From positions 256,758-320,757 of the forward strand of contig JAHQWJ010000120.1 of NCBI GenBank assembly GCA_029856125.1: a stretch of DNA of 64,000 bases, in the 5' to 3' direction. The stretch is from Promethearchaeia archaeon (GTDB lineage: Archaea; Asgardarchaeota; Lokiarchaeia; Sigyniarchaeales; SOKP01). The position numbers and the translations under genes are program-made. Below, piece by piece: positions 43,054 to 52,592 of the stretch (the first letter of the stretch is position 1; the number at the start of each line of letters is the position of its first letter). The notes under the pieces were generated by a model, which worked only from the letters and a program-made list of their open reading frames with translations, was not told the origin of the DNA and ran no database searches.

Positions 43054-43455
43054 TTAAAATGGGTAAAATCTCGGGCGGTGGGTAAGGGATTTCCCTCGAA
43101 TTAATTTTTCTAAGTTAGTTTTTAATGTTTTAAGCTCGTAATCCCCTTTAACTTTAATTTCATAAACATGTTTTTGATTTTTATTGTTGGTGGTTTGGTG
43201 ATATAAGTTCATTAAGTAGGACTTAGGTTTAGTAATAATATCTAAGGATATTTTTCGTAATGGTTCTTTCTGAACAGCGGTTTTTTTATCTTGGATCGTA
43301 ATAGTGGTAGAATTTCTTCGAGTCTTTACCGTAACAGAAAAATCTTTTACAATCTCTTCTAAAATGCTTAATATTTTTACTACGTGATCGGGAGCGTTCT
43401 CCCTCGCTTCAAAAATACCGATTTCCTTAGGTGAATTATTAGACAATACACCCAT
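43054..43455 (-). CDS. Hypothetical protein
   Basis: 133-aa ORF, no recognised motif. Confidence 0.6.
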   Translation of the reverse strand: MGVLSNNSPKEIGIFEARENAPDHVVKILSILEEIVKDFSVTVKTRRNSTTITIQDKKTAVQKEPLRKISLDIITKPKSYLMNLYHQTTNNKNQKHVYEIKVKGDYELKTLKTNLEKLIRGKSLTHRPRFYPF

Positions 43456-43523
43456 ATTATAAAAGTAATAGTATTTAAGCTTTTTAGTCGGCGAAACCTA
43501 CGACTCATGCGATAAATTAATAG

Positions 43524-44234
43524 CTACAAGTCTCTACCCATACCGTAATAAATTAACAATCCCGAAGAAATAAGCAAAACTATAATAGAAAAACCCCATA
43601 TCGTTTTAAAAGTGGGATCTTGCCACGTGTTATACAACAAGAGACCGTAAACTAAAGTAATCGCTAAAATGTTTCCAATAATGAACAAACTTAATTTTCT
43701 CTTTAAATTGGAGTCTTTAAAAAGGCTACGCAACCGTAGAGAGTAATAAATCACCGGAATAGTAAAACTTATTGTAAAAAGAATATTACCAGTGATGTAA
43801 TACGGAAAACTATATACAGGCGCCCAACTCTCGGAATAAGCCACTCCACTTGGGTATAAGTGAAATAAAAGCCAGGTTATTCCGTACGCACCTATTATTA
43901 GGATCGCTTTTTTAAGCGTAAACTCGTACTTCAATTTTAAAAGGCTTAAAATAAAAACTACTACGAATATGAACGAAAACATCGTTAGATAAGTTGCAAA
44001 AAAATATACGATGGTAATAAATTCTCCTGGTGAAAAGAAAGCAATTAACACCGCAATTCCGTTCATTAAAAGACCAAGGCTCACGAAAAGGTAAAAACCA
44101 CTTAGAGTTAAGGAATTTCGGTTGGTGTTGCGCTTTAACATTTTATAGATGAGGTAAGAAAATAACCCCACTATAAATATTTGTGGGACAAATATGATAA
44201 ACAACCGCAAATACTCGGTGATCTGAAAAATCAT
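43524..44234 (-). CDS. Multi-pass (about 7 TM) membrane protein
   Basis: Seven hydrophobic segments; no signalling domain attached. Confidence 0.75.
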   Translation of the reverse strand: MIFQITEYLRLFIIFVPQIFIVGLFSYLIYKMLKRNTNRNSLTLSGFYLFVSLGLLMNGIAVLIAFFSPGEFITIVYFFATYLTMFSFIFVVVFILSLLKLKYEFTLKKAILIIGAYGITWLLFHLYPSGVAYSESWAPVYSFPYYITGNILFTISFTIPVIYYSLRLRSLFKDSNLKRKLSLFIIGNILAITLVYGLLLYNTWQDPTFKTIWGFSIIVLLISSGLLIYYGMGRDL

Positions 44235-44351
44235 AATTACACTATTATTATTCTTTCGAAACTTTATTAAAAATTAGGTTTTTAAACTTAAAATAAATTT
44301 ATTATTTTTAAATAGGTAGGTTAGTTAATTAGCCGAACGAATATTTCGATA

Positions 44352-45371
44352 TTACTCTACTTTCCGCTCCAATATGAGATGCGTTCTAGTATATGTTAAG
44401 CCAAAGTGATTTATAACTAAATTTTTACATTCAAACACGTTAATTTCCATCGGGACCGAGGCAAAGCGAAAATCATCATCGTAAGCCGCGTCTAAAAATT
44501 CCTTCATTAAATAAATACTGAGTCCTTTCCCTCTGTGTTCTTTATCGATAGTAATAGAATATGCCACAAAAGAATTGTATTTTCCTTTTTGATTCTTCTT
44601 AAACGGGTTTGGAAGCGAGATAAAACATCCTACGAACTGTTTGGATTGTTTATGCCTAAGTAACTTCACCATATAAACACCTCCATATGTTCTCAGGAAA
44701 GAAAAAAAGTTCTCGACTAATTTTTCTGGGCTGGGGGTTACTCGCGATTCTGTAGCTAAGTTTCTGGAGCTCAAAATCAAAAGTGGCAATTTTATTTCTT
44801 GGAAATCGTCCCAATCTTTAAGGGAGAGAATTTCGTAACCTTCAAAATCGTATTTTTTCATCTCTTCTTCGGGAACTTTAACAAACTCTCCTTCCCATGT
44901 TCCTTGTTTAGATTTAATATAAAACCCGAATTGGGCGAAAATTTCTTGATAAATTGGGGGATTAACAGGCTTTGAAACGCACAAATCGTTCAGACTATCT
45001 TCAGTCATGAATCCATAGCCAAAAATAAAGGTGGGAGGGTTAATTGGTCCCCTTATTGTTTTATATTGATGTTTTTGAGCGTATGTGATTAATTCTTCAA
45101 GTAAATACTTGATGTATTTTTCTTCGTGGTCAATTACACCAAAGAATCCAAAAAATAATACCTCCCCCCCGTCGTCGTACGCTAAAGTATGGCCTACAAC
45201 CTTATTATTTTCTTTTAAAATCAACGATTTAGTGTTATATATAGTAAGATCGTGAAGTATAAAGTCGTAAAACGCTTCGCGGACGGGGATATTTATACCA
45301 AGCTGTAAGTATTTTAAAATTTCGTTTGGCTTTTCTATCATACCTACCGATAAGCTCTCTGGATTTGTCAT
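44352..45371 (-). CDS. GNAT-family N-acetyltransferase
   Basis: FFGFFG...IRGPINP N-terminal domain; acetyl-CoA motif IDKEHRGKGLS. Confidence 0.8.
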   Translation of the reverse strand: MTNPESLSVGMIEKPNEILKYLQLGINIPVREAFYDFILHDLTIYNTKSLILKENNKVVGHTLAYDDGGEVLFFGFFGVIDHEEKYIKYLLEELITYAQKHQYKTIRGPINPPTFIFGYGFMTEDSLNDLCVSKPVNPPIYQEIFAQFGFYIKSKQGTWEGEFVKVPEEEMKKYDFEGYEILSLKDWDDFQEIKLPLLILSSRNLATESRVTPSPEKLVENFFSFLRTYGGVYMVKLLRHKQSKQFVGCFISLPNPFKKNQKGKYNSFVAYSITIDKEHRGKGLSIYLMKEFLDAAYDDDFRFASVPMEINVFECKNLVINHFGLTYTRTHLILERKVE

Positions 45372-45486
45372 CTTTCCGTTTTCTATTCTTATTATTATTT
45401 TTAACTCTAAAATCTATCTAGTGTAATAAAAAAAGATAAAGTATCTTAAAACTTTAAGTTTTTATTATTCGTATAACTTCTCAATA

Positions 45487-46722
45487 TCAGAAATCCCAAG
45501 AAGGTTTAATAGCCTTTAGAAAGTTCTCAGTTTCTGGGATCATCTTCAAGTTCCCGTTCACTTTTCCCTCGTAATAGATAAAAACAACTTGATCCTCGAA
45601 AATATTTTCTTCCTTGAGGTATTTGAAGCAAGGCACGTAACCAAAAGGCTTTAAACCCGCGTTGTATAACATAGCTTGTTGTATAGGATGATATGCAGAC
45701 GCGTAAAGTTCCAAATAGCGAATATTAAGTTTCTTTACCAGTTGTTTTACTTCCTCTATAAATACAAACAGCTGCTCTTTATTCGAAACATTGTAATTAA
45801 TTTTTTCAAAGATTCGTACTTGAGGTTGGTGTAAAAAGGAGACATATGCGTCTGAATTGTTAATTGAAATAGTTATTACGCTGTTGCCCAGATTATCCTT
45901 TTCTTCTTGGTAGGTCAAGTTTTGCTTAATAGTTTGAATTATTTTATCGTCAAAATTCAACGTCAAATGGTCAAATATCTCTGGAAATTCAAGCTGATAC
46001 CTCTCGCGGGCGTAGTAATAACATGTTAAGACGCGTGGGATAATCTTCGGGATTTCTTTTCTGCGATATTTCGTTATTGTGTCCTCGTCGTATAAAATAA
46101 GCAAAAATTCTGATTCATCTCGATTAAAAAAGATGTCTTTTTTTGGAAAAAAGGCTATCGGTTTTAACCCTATATAATCTGATAACGACTGAGATTTAGA
46201 ATGAGCAGAACGTGCTTCCCCAAAATACATCAAAGCCCTTTTCTCGTATTTTTTAAGAAGAGCTATCCATGCGGCCATCAAAAGTTTTGGAAGAGAGCTC
46301 AGACCTTGAAATTCTTTTTTAATCGTGAACCCATGGAGATACACACTTTTAATTGAAGCGTTAAATTTAATTCCAGCACAGCCAATAACTTCGGTTTTGT
46401 TTATTTTAAAAACTATCCAATGATAGTTAGGGTCTTCGATCATCTTCCGTATTTCTTGCGCGTTTTCCAGTTCTTTGTACGGATATGTATTTTGATACAC
46501 TTGTTGAAAAATTTCTGAGATGCTTTGAGCTTCTTCAAGTTTAGCGAACTGGACCGTTGGTGTTAGTTTTTGTTCTTTAGAACCCGATCTTTTCGGAAAA
46601 TTTATTCCATCATCTAAACTTAAGTCTCTGTACTTAGCGTAGGTCCGAAGAAAGTCTTGAACAGTTACGATGGATTTTATAGTTTTAACTTGTTTGGCAA
46701 TAGATTTGTTATTCAAAAACAA
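45487..46722 (-). CDS. GNAT-fold protein
   Basis: YQNTYPY, IKKEFQGL, GEARSAHSKSQ, GLKPFGYVP; TTG start. Confidence 0.7.
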   Translation of the reverse strand: MFLNNKSIAKQVKTIKSIVTVQDFLRTYAKYRDLSLDDGINFPKRSGSKEQKLTPTVQFAKLEEAQSISEIFQQVYQNTYPYKELENAQEIRKMIEDPNYHWIVFKINKTEVIGCAGIKFNASIKSVYLHGFTIKKEFQGLSSLPKLLMAAWIALLKKYEKRALMYFGEARSAHSKSQSLSDYIGLKPIAFFPKKDIFFNRDESEFLLILYDEDTITKYRRKEIPKIIPRVLTCYYYARERYQLEFPEIFDHLTLNFDDKIIQTIKQNLTYQEEKDNLGNSVITISINNSDAYVSFLHQPQVRIFEKINYNVSNKEQLFVFIEEVKQLVKKLNIRYLELYASAYHPIQQAMLYNAGLKPFGYVPCFKYLKEENIFEDQVVFIYYEGKVNGNLKMIPETENFLKAIKPSWDF

Positions 46723-46927
46723 TTTGATATCCCAATAATTATATGATAATTGGTTTATTATTATGATGTAAAAATATTTAAACTTGCGTAATATCAGCGT
46801 AAGTTGTTATATAAAGGAAACATTCTAAAAAAAAAAGTTATTAAATAATAAATTTTAACTCAGTATTTATTTAAATACAATCTCATTTTTCATCTTCAAT
46901 GACAAAAAACCTTTCTTCATTTTATAA

Positions 46928-47848
46928 ATGGGTGAAATATATTTGAAGGCTGTACTTATTGATGCTCAAACAGCATCCTCCATAATCGCTGCTAAAGACG
47001 ATTATATTTCTAATTTTAGCGAGTTTGACTTACAGTCGCGCTTAGGAACCTTCGAAATGGTATCGAAAGAAGACTTAGTAGAATTTCTTTCACGACAGAC
47101 CGTTGAATGGACAAATTCTGAGGAAATTATCGTAAATAGAATTTTCAGTGAATTAAATATCTGTTACGCGCCGTACAAAGAATACCTATTGAACAGCGTT
47201 AAGCTTATAAAAACCACCGGTCGAGAAGAATGCGACGCTGCTTACACGAGAAACACGTGCATATATGTTCCAATTTCGATGGTTCAATGGCCGTACGATC
47301 AATTAAAAGAGCTAATTGCTCACGAGCTTTTTCATGTAATCAGCACTACTAACCCAAAATTCAGGAATGACTTATATCTTAAACTTGGATTTAATGCTTG
47401 TCCCGAATTAGATGTCCCTAAAGAATATAAACGGCTATATGTGTCAAATCCTGATACTATTGGGAAGAATTCCTATGTGAAATTTAAAAATAACGGCGCT
47501 CAGATAAAAGCAGTTCCTTTTCTCTATTCTAAAACTCCGTATACAGGTGGATATTTCTTTGAATACTTCCGTTTTACATTTCTTGAGTCTGAATTGAAAC
47601 ACGATAAATGCGTCCCGATATATGAAAATAGCCGGCCAAAATTCATTAGTCCTCCACATGAATTATTTGAGATGTGCGAAGAAATCGACCCCTACAATAA
47701 CCAACATAGATTACATCCTGAAGAGATTCTGGCCTATTATTGGAGCTTATTACCTTTTTCTGAATCAAAAATAGAACCTTATAACAGAAGCTATCTCGTA
47801 AAGATTCGCAATCTCTTAGAGCAGGAAGGAACCAGTGTATTTAGTTAA
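46928..47848 (+). CDS. Putative zinc metallopeptidase (HEXXH)
   Basis: IAHELFH plus downstream HPEEILA; SNPD motif. Confidence 0.7.
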   Translation: MGEIYLKAVLIDAQTASSIIAAKDDYISNFSEFDLQSRLGTFEMVSKEDLVEFLSRQTVEWTNSEEIIVNRIFSELNICYAPYKEYLLNSVKLIKTTGREECDAAYTRNTCIYVPISMVQWPYDQLKELIAHELFHVISTTNPKFRNDLYLKLGFNACPELDVPKEYKRLYVSNPDTIGKNSYVKFKNNGAQIKAVPFLYSKTPYTGGYFFEYFRFTFLESELKHDKCVPIYENSRPKFISPPHELFEMCEEIDPYNNQHRLHPEEILAYYWSLLPFSESKIEPYNRSYLVKIRNLLEQEGTSVFS

Positions 47849-48287
47849 AAATGTAATCATAATTTTTTTTTAATTTTCGTTCATGAAATATAATGAGAGT
47901 GGTATAATCCCAATAAGAAATGAAACTTAGATCTAAAAAAATAGACTTCCAAAACTTACTAATACATAGCCTAACGAAAATAGAACTGCAAACCCTACGA
48001 TTGTAAGAATAATTGTATATATTTTTATGAAATCCATTTAAGTTCCCCTCATGTTCCGTTATTCAATTTGCTCTAACTAAATAGATTATATAAAAGTTAT
48101 GCCTATAGTACGAATGGATGTATTTTTAAAATCCAAATACAGAAAGCCGAATGAAGGTGTATTCATAGTTTATACAAAAATGTAAACTGTATATACAAAA
48201 TAATACTTCTCTTAAATTGCGAATGAAATCTAATTTCATTCTTACATCCAATTTGAATTTTTAAAACCATTAGAAGAGGTAAAAAAT

Positions 48288-48611
48288 ATGGTATACATTG
48301 TTGTTGAATCAATAGCTCCACACAATCAAGCTGCAGAATCCGGAAAAAAATGGCTTGAGGTTACTAAAAAATTTCCTCCAGATAGAAGCATTAGCAAACA
48401 GGTCATGGTAGCTATACGACCTTCGAGTAGAGGAATGATTTCACTAGGTGTTTGGGACGTAAAAGAAGGGAGAGAAAAAGACGCACTCGTCCGAATGAAC
48501 GAGTCAATGTTAATGTTTGCCGAAATCCCGGGATATAAATACAGCATAAAAACATTCTTGTCTTCATTTGAAGCGATGGGTATTATAGGACTAAAACCAC
48601 CTGAAGATTAG
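48288..48611 (+). CDS. Small hypothetical protein (ferredoxin-like alpha/beta pattern)
   Basis: 107 aa; GAGGT SD upstream; T-tract downstream. Confidence 0.75.
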   Translation: MVYIVVESIAPHNQAAESGKKWLEVTKKFPPDRSISKQVMVAIRPSSRGMISLGVWDVKEGREKDALVRMNESMLMFAEIPGYKYSIKTFLSSFEAMGIIGLKPPED

Positions 48612-48675
48612 TTCGAAAAAAAATTACTCCTAATTCTTTTTTTTTATAATTTTTAGCAAATATTGAATTACAAAT

Positions 48676-49239
48676 CTATTTTCCTAGTATAATCTGCTCC
48701 CACATATTATTCCTGCTTTTAATTACTATGACAACCGTAAACAATCCCATTATTAGATTGGTCAGAATATTAGCAATTAAAAATCCCAGTTTTATATCAC
48801 CATCAACAGCAAAAACAAGAACTAATACTCCAACAATACTATAAGGATCTACGAAGGGCCACAGAACTAAACTATATGGATGCATTGGAAGGTCCAATAG
48901 GATATGGAAAACATTTCCAAGCATACAAGAAAATATAAGAACTGGGGTTAATTTACACACCTCCTTTACCTTAACCTTATCGAGCCGAAAAAGTAAAGAA
49001 GCTATAATCGGATAGAGAAGAACGGTAGCTAAAGCTGAGATTATTGTTCCTATAGTGAGCGCGCCAATCAGACTGTGCAAAATGAAATGATTGTCGATAC
49101 CTTCACTAAAGAAAAGGAATAAAATTGGCACCTCAATATCGGGTATAAATGACCCAACAATTAAACCCGGTAGATTCAATCTTTTGTTTAGTTTTGAGAG
49201 CCCCCATGCGACGGGGTAATGCAGAGGCGTAGCAGGTAT
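48676..49239 (-). CDS. DUF4184-like / metal-dependent hydrolase-like membrane protein, probable ATA start
   Basis: GSFIPDIE, HSLIG, HILLDLPMH motifs. The frame extends upstream of the track start as (I)PATPLHYPVAWGL from ATA at 49239, 7 nt after AGGTG. Confidence 0.75.
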   Translation of the reverse strand: MPATPLHYPVAWGLSKLNKRLNLPGLIVGSFIPDIEVPILFLFFSEGIDNHFILHSLIGALTIGTIISALATVLLYPIIASLLFRLDKVKVKEVCKLTPVLIFSCMLGNVFHILLDLPMHPYSLVLWPFVDPYSIVGVLVLVFAVDGDIKLGFLIANILTNLIMGLFTVVIVIKSRNNMWEQIILGK

Positions 49240-49543
49240 TATTAAACACCTTTTATTATAACTACTAGTGTAATTTAATAGAATTTAAACTTAAATCCTT
49301 TCGATGTTAAATTAAAGAGGTTTTTAATAAATTTCCTTCTATCCAATCTTCGTTATATTAATTAAGTACAAAAGGTGATTCCTGCCAATAATCTTCAACT
49401 CCGCTCTCCCAAACTTAACGGTATTTTTAACCGCTAAGCTAAAAAACTTATTAAGTAAGGTCAATAAACCATAGGAAAGTGAGTAATCGCCTTATATTGA
49501 CAGGAACCTTGCGTTTATACGAAAGACCGGTCATAAAATATAC

Positions 49544-49607
49544 AATTTTTGTCGTATACTTTATCAAAGGAAAATGGTATTAATAAAAATTTAGGTATAT
49601 AAATCTT
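49544..49607 (+). repeat. 64-bp direct repeat, copy 1
   Basis: aatttttgtcgtatac...aaatttaggtatataaatctt; 59/64 identical to 51328-51391 by manual alignment. Confidence 0.9.
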
Positions 49608-49662
49608 AATAGAACATAGTCATTATTACAATAGAATAAAAGGCAAACTAGTACTCGATATT

Positions 49663-49704
49663 ATGGACGAGTTTATAATCAACGACTTCCTCACTTCTAA
49701 ACTA
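49663..49704 (+). pseudogene. 5' remnant of a gene with the Loki-type 'F(K/I)xNDFLTxKL' N-terminal domain
   Basis: Translates MDEFIINDFLTSKL, matching MHTFKVNDFLTLKL of the gene at 1751; similarity ends at the stop codon of the convergent 516-aa ORF. Confidence 0.5.
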
Positions 49705-51252
49705 TTTGAACTTTATAAACTTATATTCTCGTTCTTCTGAAAGAATTTCTAATATTAGAGCACTCTTACTCACGTGACCATTCAGTAATGCTAACTCTTT
49801 TATATCTTTTTCTTTATACCGCTTTATATTCAAGATACCGTCAATATAATATAATATATCTCTATTGGTTCCAGCAGAATTTAGTAATAATTGCGTTGTA
49901 CCAGGTACAGAATGACTATCCTCCGTGTAAATATATATTAGTATTTGATCAGGAGAGGAGGGGTAATATTTGCCACTTCCAACAACATTTACTTCCAATT
50001 TTTCTTTATCGAACTGTTTTGACGTTCCTATGAATTCTGAATATCTTACATTTCCAGTGGGTTCAAATTGGAACGCATCGTGAATGTAAAGCTCGTCTGT
50101 CCATAAATCCTCCTCTGGAAGGCGGATGTAATGCTCTTCTTCAGTCTTATAATAAAAGACAACGTAATAATATCCATCAAATTGCAGATTAGTGTTTAGG
50201 ATTTGCTTATCTCTATTCCAAAATTTAAAGTACCCATCAATCAATTTATCAACAAAAGGGCGATATTCATCGTATCGGTATCTATTATAACTACGACGAC
50301 GCTGACCTGTAAATTTTTTTCTGGTTTTTTTAATAAATTTTTTTATGATAGGGAGTAAGCCAATGAGTTCGCTATCATTAAGAACCTTTAAATATCCATT
50401 ACGTAGAATCAGGTCCACGTCATTTAAAATCAGTTCTGTATCCGGGGATAACCCTAGTTCTTTAATGAATCGATATTTAAAATCTTCAAAACTTAGTAAT
50501 TGCTCTAAAATCTCATCCTTCTCTACGGGGGCTTTTTTTTCTGGTTCTTTTACTTGCAGATGTCTAGATTTTCGTTTTGAACCGTGAATTAGAAAATAGA
50601 GGTCGTCTTCTTCTGTTTGTATCTCGTTGAACGTCATCTTAAACTTATCGGGTAACGATGTAAGGATGGGAACAAAGAAATCCGTCTTACAGGAATGATC
50701 TAGGAAACATAGTAACTTTAAGATACATCTCATAAAGATATCTCTATCGTAATTTTTATAAGGATATTCATCGGTATTATGAATAAGAGCATTTGATACG
50801 TTAAAAAGCTCTTTCAAGAAGTTCTCGGCGAGCATCCTATATTCTTCGTCCGCACTTTGCAATCCTTCTTCAAGAATTTTATCTAAATCTCTTAAAATAT
50901 CTGTGTAGTTGTCGCCATCGAGAAGGGGATGAAAGAATTCCGCGAACTGCCGTGTAATTGAATCTTGGTTCATATCTTCTCTTAAAAGGGTATCCATAAT
51001 TAATCTCAGAAACACCTTTCCCCCAGTATACTTCACAACGCGTTCAAGGGTGAATAGATAATGATAATGTAGCTCGTTAAGATTATCCCAGAGAAGATCA
51101 ATTTCGTATAATAGTCTCTTTAAAATTTCTTGATTATTTGATTTAAGAAAATAATTTTCCTGTTCCAATTTTTCAAACTCATCACAATTCCAAACACGAT
51201 CGCAAATTAATCGCTTTCGTAAAGTTTTGAAATGACTTAAGTTCTTTGACAT
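49702..51252 (-). CDS. Hypothetical protein flanked by direct repeats
   Basis: 516-aa ORF; helical N-half, beta-rich C-half; no recognised family. Confidence 0.75.
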   Translation of the reverse strand: MSKNLSHFKTLRKRLICDRVWNCDEFEKLEQENYFLKSNNQEILKRLLYEIDLLWDNLNELHYHYLFTLERVVKYTGGKVFLRLIMDTLLREDMNQDSITRQFAEFFHPLLDGDNYTDILRDLDKILEEGLQSADEEYRMLAENFLKELFNVSNALIHNTDEYPYKNYDRDIFMRCILKLLCFLDHSCKTDFFVPILTSLPDKFKMTFNEIQTEEDDLYFLIHGSKRKSRHLQVKEPEKKAPVEKDEILEQLLSFEDFKYRFIKELGLSPDTELILNDVDLILRNGYLKVLNDSELIGLLPIIKKFIKKTRKKFTGQRRRSYNRYRYDEYRPFVDKLIDGYFKFWNRDKQILNTNLQFDGYYYVVFYYKTEEEHYIRLPEEDLWTDELYIHDAFQFEPTGNVRYSEFIGTSKQFDKEKLEVNVVGSGKYYPSSPDQILIYIYTEDSHSVPGTTQLLLNSAGTNRDILYYIDGILNIKRYKEKDIKELALLNGHVSKSALILEILSEEREYKFIKFK

Positions 51253-51327
51253 TTTTATTCTAAATTTTTAATCTTTGTTATACTATATTTCTATTATTCA
51301 AAGTCGTAATCGTGCCATACTCAGTTT

Positions 51328-51391
51328 AATTTTTGTCGTATACATTACCATAGGAGAATGGTATTTATAAAAATTTAGGTATATAAATCTT
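51328..51391 (+). repeat. 64-bp direct repeat, copy 2 (contains TATA-like TTTATAA / TATATAAA; probable promoter of the gene at 51410)
   Basis: Near-identical to 49544-49607; ends 18 nt before ATG 51410. Confidence 0.9.
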
Positions 51392-51409
51392 GACAAATTA
51401 ATAATATTC

Positions 51410-52486
51410 ATGCCAAAAGGGATGGACAAATATTGGAATCCTCAAAAGAGTTTTACAGCTTTAGAATCGGAACATGTCATGAGGAAAAAGTTTTTAAGCA
51501 AGAATACAACTGTGAAAGAGAGGAAGATTCTAATGAAAGAGCGTTCACGTTTACTAGATCAAGCAGAAAAAGAGGTTCATAAACAACCAGCACCTTCTGG
51601 CTTTTATCCTTTTAATGAAACCAAATTCGCGTATGAGCCTTATCTTTCCTACCTTGATGAATTAAAATGGGATACAAATTACTATCAAAAACCAATTCGC
51701 GATCCCATTATAAAACTCGTAAAAAGAGGTATGTACGGCACCAGTAAAGAAACATTTGATGATATCTTTCGGATTCTTCGAATTTACACCAAAAAAATTC
51801 AAATGATGAAAAAATTGAAACACCTACACTTCTCCACTGAACAAGAAGCTTACGAAAGAGGTATGGGAGAATTTTTTCAGATTATTGATTCCTATTTAAT
51901 ATCTAAATATACCTCACAAATGATAAAAAATTTTGAAGTAACAATTAAGAAAGGAAAAGTTATTGTTATAAGACCCGACCTTAGTGCACTCGAAACTCAA
52001 ATGGACAATTACACTTTTATGACATGTCTTTTAGAACGGACTATTTTCATATCAGCTTCCTTACAAGACGAGTCACTTACTGATGATAAGAGAAATGAAT
52101 ATCTTGAAATAAGGGAAAAACTCCGAAAGGGTTACAAATTTGCTCAGATGTATGAAGTCAGGAGAGCGCGTCAGAATGGTGAAAAATTTGAAATTCTTAT
52201 GGATGAGGTTCATGGAGCTCATAAAAATGCAATGAAAGTAATACATCTATATCTAAAGGCTGGAAAACCGTATCTACCAAATACATCTAACACGATAGAA
52301 GAGATATTTATGAAAGAAATTACCGAGATACGTAGAGTTCTAAGAAAAAGCGATTTAACCACAGAAGAACGAAAATATTTTCTGAAGAGAGAAAACCTTC
52401 TGGAAAAAGAAATAGACTGGGAGGGAGGAATGAAAAAACTGTTAGGAGATTTCCCCTATGACAAGGATAGAAGAATTATCACTTAA
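51410..52486 (+). CDS. Hypothetical helical protein
   Basis: 358-aa ORF; internal T(V/D/T)(K/D/E)(E/K)R-type helical motif repeated; no recognised family. Confidence 0.75.
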   Translation: MPKGMDKYWNPQKSFTALESEHVMRKKFLSKNTTVKERKILMKERSRLLDQAEKEVHKQPAPSGFYPFNETKFAYEPYLSYLDELKWDTNYYQKPIRDPIIKLVKRGMYGTSKETFDDIFRILRIYTKKIQMMKKLKHLHFSTEQEAYERGMGEFFQIIDSYLISKYTSQMIKNFEVTIKKGKVIVIRPDLSALETQMDNYTFMTCLLERTIFISASLQDESLTDDKRNEYLEIREKLRKGYKFAQMYEVRRARQNGEKFEILMDEVHGAHKNAMKVIHLYLKAGKPYLPNTSNTIEEIFMKEITEIRRVLRKSDLTTEERKYFLKRENLLEKEIDWEGGMKKLLGDFPYDKDRRIIT

Positions 52487-52491
52487 AAGCA

Positions 52492-52511
52492 AATGGTATT
52501 TATAAAAATTT
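52492..52511 (+). repeat. Partial third copy of the direct-repeat element
   Basis: aatggtatttataaaaattt, identical to 51357-51376. Confidence 0.7.
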
Positions 52512-52592
52512 CTAATTTCTTGGGCTAGTTAGATTTAAATAGGAGCGTTTGCTCATGAAAGTTAAGTACAAGAAAGGTGAATAAATTAATTT

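Noticed and set aside
47849-48070. Fragmentary minus-strand hydrophobic reading frames (KIYTIILTIVGFAVLFSLG...)
   Set aside because: Multiple stops and frame changes; possibly a decayed membrane-protein gene, but not assignable.
48168-48200. TATACAAAA repeats and TGTATATACA palindrome upstream of the gene at 48288
   Set aside because: Could be an operator, but it is AT-rich and has no second copy for support.
49373-49460. Possible CTG-started 25-aa ORF after AGGTGA
   Set aside because: Non-standard start and no motif support.
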